Positions 59,867 to 64,000 of a stretch of DNA of 64,000 nucleotides are shown here, one piece after another (the stretch's first letter is position 1; every line of letters starts with the position of its first letter). The notes under the pieces were generated by a model. That model was not told the origin of the DNA and searched no databases. It was given only the letters and a program-made list of their open reading frames with translations. The translations under genes and the position numbers were made by a program. Source of the DNA: Marsupella aquatica (taxonomy: Eukaryota; Plantae; Marchantiophyta); the NCBI GenBank assembly GCA_973895155.1, contig OZ316898.1, positions 15,158,330 through 15,222,329 of the forward strand, given 5' to 3'.

Positions 59867-60579
59867 ATACAGAGGTTTACACTTCCACTACGTACATACC
59901 ACTTCATTTGCTTTTTCTTGACACTTGTGAATGTGATTGGACTTTTTCTATGCATGTTGGTTGCTAGCAGCTTGCACATATGCCTTGCCGGTGACTTGTA
60001 TGTTTTTGATACACTATGGCTACGATACTATATGCCACGACAACTGTCATGCCGAGGGACAGTGCCTCTTATGCACATCGGCATGTCCCTCGCCTGCCCG
60101 CTAGGTATGTAGTTAGGGCTAGTGTACTACCTGAGTTAGCGACATGTTCTTGTAGCAAGTCTGGGCCGTTCTTGAAGCAAATGTGCTTGTTAGTGTGACG
60201 CCAGGACTTTGCTTGCTTAGGGCATGTCTTTCTTTGTTTTCTTTTCAGTTCTTCTTGAATCGCTGTTGACAGAGCTCAAACAGTGCTCGTCAGTTCCGTA
60301 CACGGGATTCACACAGTGATTCGTTAGATGCTCCCGGCCGATCTTGGCATCCTGCCGGTTTTCGATTCGATTTCCGTACAATTGTTTCTCTTACGCCTTT
60401 TATATACAGAGGTTTACACCTCCACTACGTACATACCACTTCATTTGCTTTTTCTTGGCACTTGTGAATGTGATTGGACTTTTTCTATGCATGTTGGTTG
60501 CTAGCAGCTTGCACATATGCCTTGCCGGTGACTTGTATGTTTTTGATACACTATGGCTACGATACTATATGTCACGACA
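59867..60579 (+). repeat. B1 (59867-60042) - AC - A2 (60045-60403) - B2 (60404-60579)
   Basis: B1 and B2 are 176 bp with 3 substitutions. Junctions are CACGACA-AC-TGTCATG and TTTTAT|ATACAG. Confidence 0.95.
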
Positions 60580-62410
60580 AACTTACCAAGACAACCATAA
60601 TTAACATCAATCACAAAACAAGCTGCAATGTGAACTATTGTTTAATGTGTGGGCAGCTTAATTGCCCACTTCAGCAAAACGGTGATCGATTTCCTTCACA
60701 TTATCGAAGGGATACTGGATGCATTCATGTTGCATCGAAAATAATCACTTTTCAATTCCTACATGCAGATAGACAAAGAGAGAGAAGTCATCGGTGTCAT
60801 CAAATCACTAACCTTGCATAATTGTTTAAGACAAAATTTCATGGAAACAAATTTCCAATTGTGGAATTCAGAATGGATAGAAAGTTAGAAAATTTTAGAA
60901 ATTCATGACCAATTTAGTACTTATAAAATCTCCCAATGTCACACTCATTAGAAAGCTAGAGAACATTGGAAACTTATAATCTCCTCATAACTCAACTAAA
61001 TCTATCAATGTTAAGTTCATTAAACAACTAAAGAAATTCTAAAATTCATAATCTCCTTAGTACTCGATAAAATCTATCAATTTTAGGTTTATTCTCATGG
61101 AAGGGGTCAACATTTCAGGGGTTGTACAACAAAATTTCTATTCACATTAGAGATTACAAAATCTCAGGTAAAATCTATTTTTCAAATTGTTTACTCAATT
61201 CTTATCGAATGGTGACAATTCTGAGCTCATCACGACCGTCTCTTCAAGATCTTTCCAACGCCATATTATACGTGAGTTTTCATTATGATTTGACTCAACA
61301 ATGTCAAATCAAAAATTATTGTCAGGAAAATTTTATGTTTCATTCTTTTTATCTTTTTATCTTTTGATTTGCATGTCAATTTTTTACATTCCTTTTTATG
61401 GTATGACGTCCTAGTTTTTACAGCAAAGTTGCCACAAACACGAATGTAGAAGTTAATTTTATCCAAAAACAAGTCCCTTCCTGTTTGTGACATGTCATGA
61501 TGATGTGGCACACTATGGAACCAGGAATTTTGGAAAGGACCTCTAATGGGGGTCCGTAATGAAAAATCTGCACATCCCGGGGAAGAGAGTCTTTTGAAAA
61601 AGCAATAATTAAACGGAATACATTATTGACAGGACATGCTGTTGTGATATCCGATCTGAATGGTACATACCGGTTTTTAAATGCATAGTCTTTAGACTGA
61701 TAAAACAATATACCTTTTATTTTGACAAAATGTGACAATATGGTTTGGGCCAGTTTTCAGCTCCCATTTCAAGCTGAACTTTACTTTAGCGAAAAAGAGC
61801 TACGCTACCTCCATGAGCCTCCCAGTCCCTGTACATTTTGGTCAATCCTTCCCTAAATTGTACATTCCTGCCCAAAAGGAAATCCCATACTCTACTAGTG
61901 CAATTTTTGCTCCATGGAAGAATGATAAAATGCCATGCATTAGAAAATTTAAACCAATGGAATTAGGAGCTTACTGGTAAGTGTTCATGTACACTTATCA
62001 AGATTATGCACTTATATAGTTGTGAGTTATCCAAAAAGTGCAAACTCATGGAGGAAACGTGAAGACGCAACGCCATGCAGTTAGCTAGAATTTGCACTTA
62101 AGTAATGTGCAATTATAGAGGGATGATCGTATTCCAATAAACGACAGCAAGATCCGCTAACCTTCTTGGCAAACAGAGTTTATGTTGTACAGAGCGGTAA
62201 CTTTCTGCCCGTGAATTTACCGAACTACACTATCACGTATCAAACAACCAGAGGGCTTTAATCATCGGCGTAAATCCTGTCAGGATAAGAGGTTACCGGT
62301 GTGTAACCATTTCTACAGGGGCTTGTTATAGTCATAATCTGGTGTCCTAAAACTTTGAGTAGATAACCTCTTTCCGGGCAGGAGTTACGTAAGCTAATGC
62401 AGGGCAGGGT

Positions 62411-62550
62411 TGGGGTTATAGACTGTAACTTGTTCCCAGAATATTCAAAGAAGCTTCCCGACTGCCGCAGGTCAGTTTGGGCTGGGGTTATAGACTGTAA
62501 CTTGTTCCCAGAATATTCAAAGAAGCTTCCCGACTGCCGCAAGTCAGTTT
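62411..62550. repeat. 72-bp tandem duplication
   Basis: tggggttatagactgtaacttgttcccagaatattcaaagaagcttcccgactgccgca at 62411 and 62483. Confidence 0.9.
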
Positions 62551-63504
62551 CTTTTCATATTCTGGACGCAAGGGTTGTAACCCTGCGCCCAGACCTGTGC
62601 ATTACCCTGTGCATTACCCTATACGTAATTGTGCAACTTACCCACAACTCCACAACCCCGGGGAGGAGGATAGGTTCGCGGACGGCATCGCTACGGTTCG
62701 CAAATGACACCTTAAAGTTCCCAAAGAGCCTGCTAGAGAGGCTCGGGACGAAAATTTTGCCGCGGAAAGTACTCTCTCTGTTCCTCCTTCGCCGGCACGC
62801 TCACGTCCCGCTCGCAAACCGGTTGAGGTGCCGGCTTGAATGCTTGATACTTCCCGGCGACCGGGCCACAGAGTGTCCGGAGTCGGGACGAAAGATCACC
62901 CCTGATCACTAAATCACTAAAACCTTACTGGTCGACGTCAAGCGAACGGTGATAATTATTCGTCGTTGCGAAGTGTACTGTGATGGGGCCCACAAGGCCG
63001 GAAAGGCAGGCGCATCGTGACCATCAGTATTGAAAATCGACGATGAATATCAGTGAATCATCGCTAATATAAAATAGTAGTGAATAAAGTATGTCAATCC
63101 TCTGGGTTGTATATTGGATAATTGGAAGGGTGCTGAGGCATTGGTCAGATCTCCGGTTCAAGAGCCGGGGAGACGGGATAACGAATAAGGGACGAAGGGC
63201 CGTCAGATCACAATCTGGGGGGATCGGACAGTCGGTGAAAGGAAAGATTGGCTCGGCCAATGGGTGGCCTGTAAGGCATGTATCCTATCTATCTCCGTGG
63301 GATGGGCCATGCATCTGGCGGAGGGGTTTCATTGGGGTTCGAGTTTTCTCGACTTTCATGCCTTCGGTAGAAATCAAGAGAAGACTGATCCATTCTTCCT
63401 CGGAGCCCGTCACACCTTCGTAGAAATTGGAAGGGTTGTGGAGGAATTGAGAAGGGAATTGAGTTTCTCCGTAACGCTGCAGTAGCTGTTCGCAGGTATC
63501 GAAA

Positions 63505-64000
63505 ATGGCGAGCGCCACCATCTCGGCGACGTCCGTAGCATCCAGTTTCTGTGGGTCGTGCAGAGACATCGGATCAGTCGAGAGCGTCTCCAGCGCGAAG
63601 TCCTTTGGAGCGAGCTTCAATGGCTCGAGAGTGTTCGCAGCTACTAAGATCGCGAAGAAGGCCACTAAGGCAGTGAAGACAGTGAAGTCTGCAGCTAGCA
63701 AAGTCGCGAAGAAGGCCGGCTCTGGGGACCGTCCCTTGTGGTTCCCCGGAGCGAAGGCTCCCTTCTGGTTGGATGGCACTCTCGCTGGTGATTACGGATT
63801 CGACCCATTGGCCTTGGGAAAGCCCCCGGAATACCTGCAGTTTGAGCTCGACAGCTTGAACCAGAATTTGGCCAAGAACCAATTCGGAGATGTCATTGGA
63901 TCCCGCATTGATAAGAAGAGCGAGATCAACCCCACTCCCTTCCAACCCTACAGCGAGGTCTTTGGCTTGCAAAGGTTCAGAGAATGCGAGTTGATTCACG
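63505..64000 (+). CDS. LHCB4: Photosystem II minor antenna CP29 (5' part, runs off the window)
   Basis: Transit peptide, then [49 protein letters not shown]...[21 protein letters not shown]. Confidence 0.97.
   Translation, partial: MASATISATSVASSFCGSCRDIGSVESVSSAKSFGASFNGSRVFAATKIAKKATKAVKTVKSAASKVAKKAGSGDRPLWFPGAKAPFWLDGTLAGDYGFDPLALGKPPEYLQFELDSLNQNLAKNQFGDVIGSRIDKKSEINPTPFQPYSEVFGLQRFRECELIH

Larger units (their letters stand above)
52306..60579 (+). mobile_element. Ty3/Gypsy-type retrotransposon with split direct repeats (A1...B1-A2-B2), a C5-methyltransferase and a PHD finger
   Basis: Ends TGTCATG..CACGACA; 4-bp TSD AACT at 52302-52305 and 60580-60583. Domain order PR-DNMT-RT-RH-IN-PHD. 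Confidence 0.93.

Noticed and set aside
52306-60579. DIRS/PAT/Ngaro classification
   Set aside because: No tyrosine recombinase ORF was recognised. The element has an aspartic protease, a DDE integrase, TG..CA ends and a TSD, and its methyltransferase is C5-type, not Dam-like.
60045-60579. A2+B2 as a normal 3' LTR
   Set aside because: The 5' end lacks B, A2 is preceded by B1 rather than a PPT, and the PPT precedes B1. Not fully excluded without other copies.
63285-63999. Minus-strand ORFs of 164 and 141 aa
   Set aside because: They are antisense to LHCB4.

Overview
Eukaryotic land-plant nuclear DNA (possibly a bryophyte; taxon is inference only). It has three recognisable host genes: an EDM2-like RFTS/triple-PHD gene (+, ~22.3-27.5 kb), a multi-exon BRF1/TFIIIB gene (-, 29119-35612) and the 5' part of LHCB4/CP29 (+, from 63505). 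The rest is mostly transposons: three Bianca-type Ty1/Copia elements, a solo LTR, a 5'-truncated LINE, a PIF/Harbinger element carrying an RPA1-like OB-fold gene, and a Ty3/Gypsy-type element at 52306-60579. That last element is the most unusual. Its decayed polyprotein reads protease - DNMT3-like C5 cytosine methyltransferase - RT - RNase H - DDE integrase - PHD finger. Instead of two LTRs it has split direct repeats (A...B-A-B), with TG..CA ends and a 4-bp TSD. An internal CA-ac-TG att-like junction joins B to A, a G7 PPT precedes B, and a perfect 14-nt self-priming site replaces a tRNA PBS. This layout is what integrase cleavage of a 2-LTR circle at an LTR-internal att site would produce; the mechanism is inferred, not shown. 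All coordinates were read by eye, and no searches were run.
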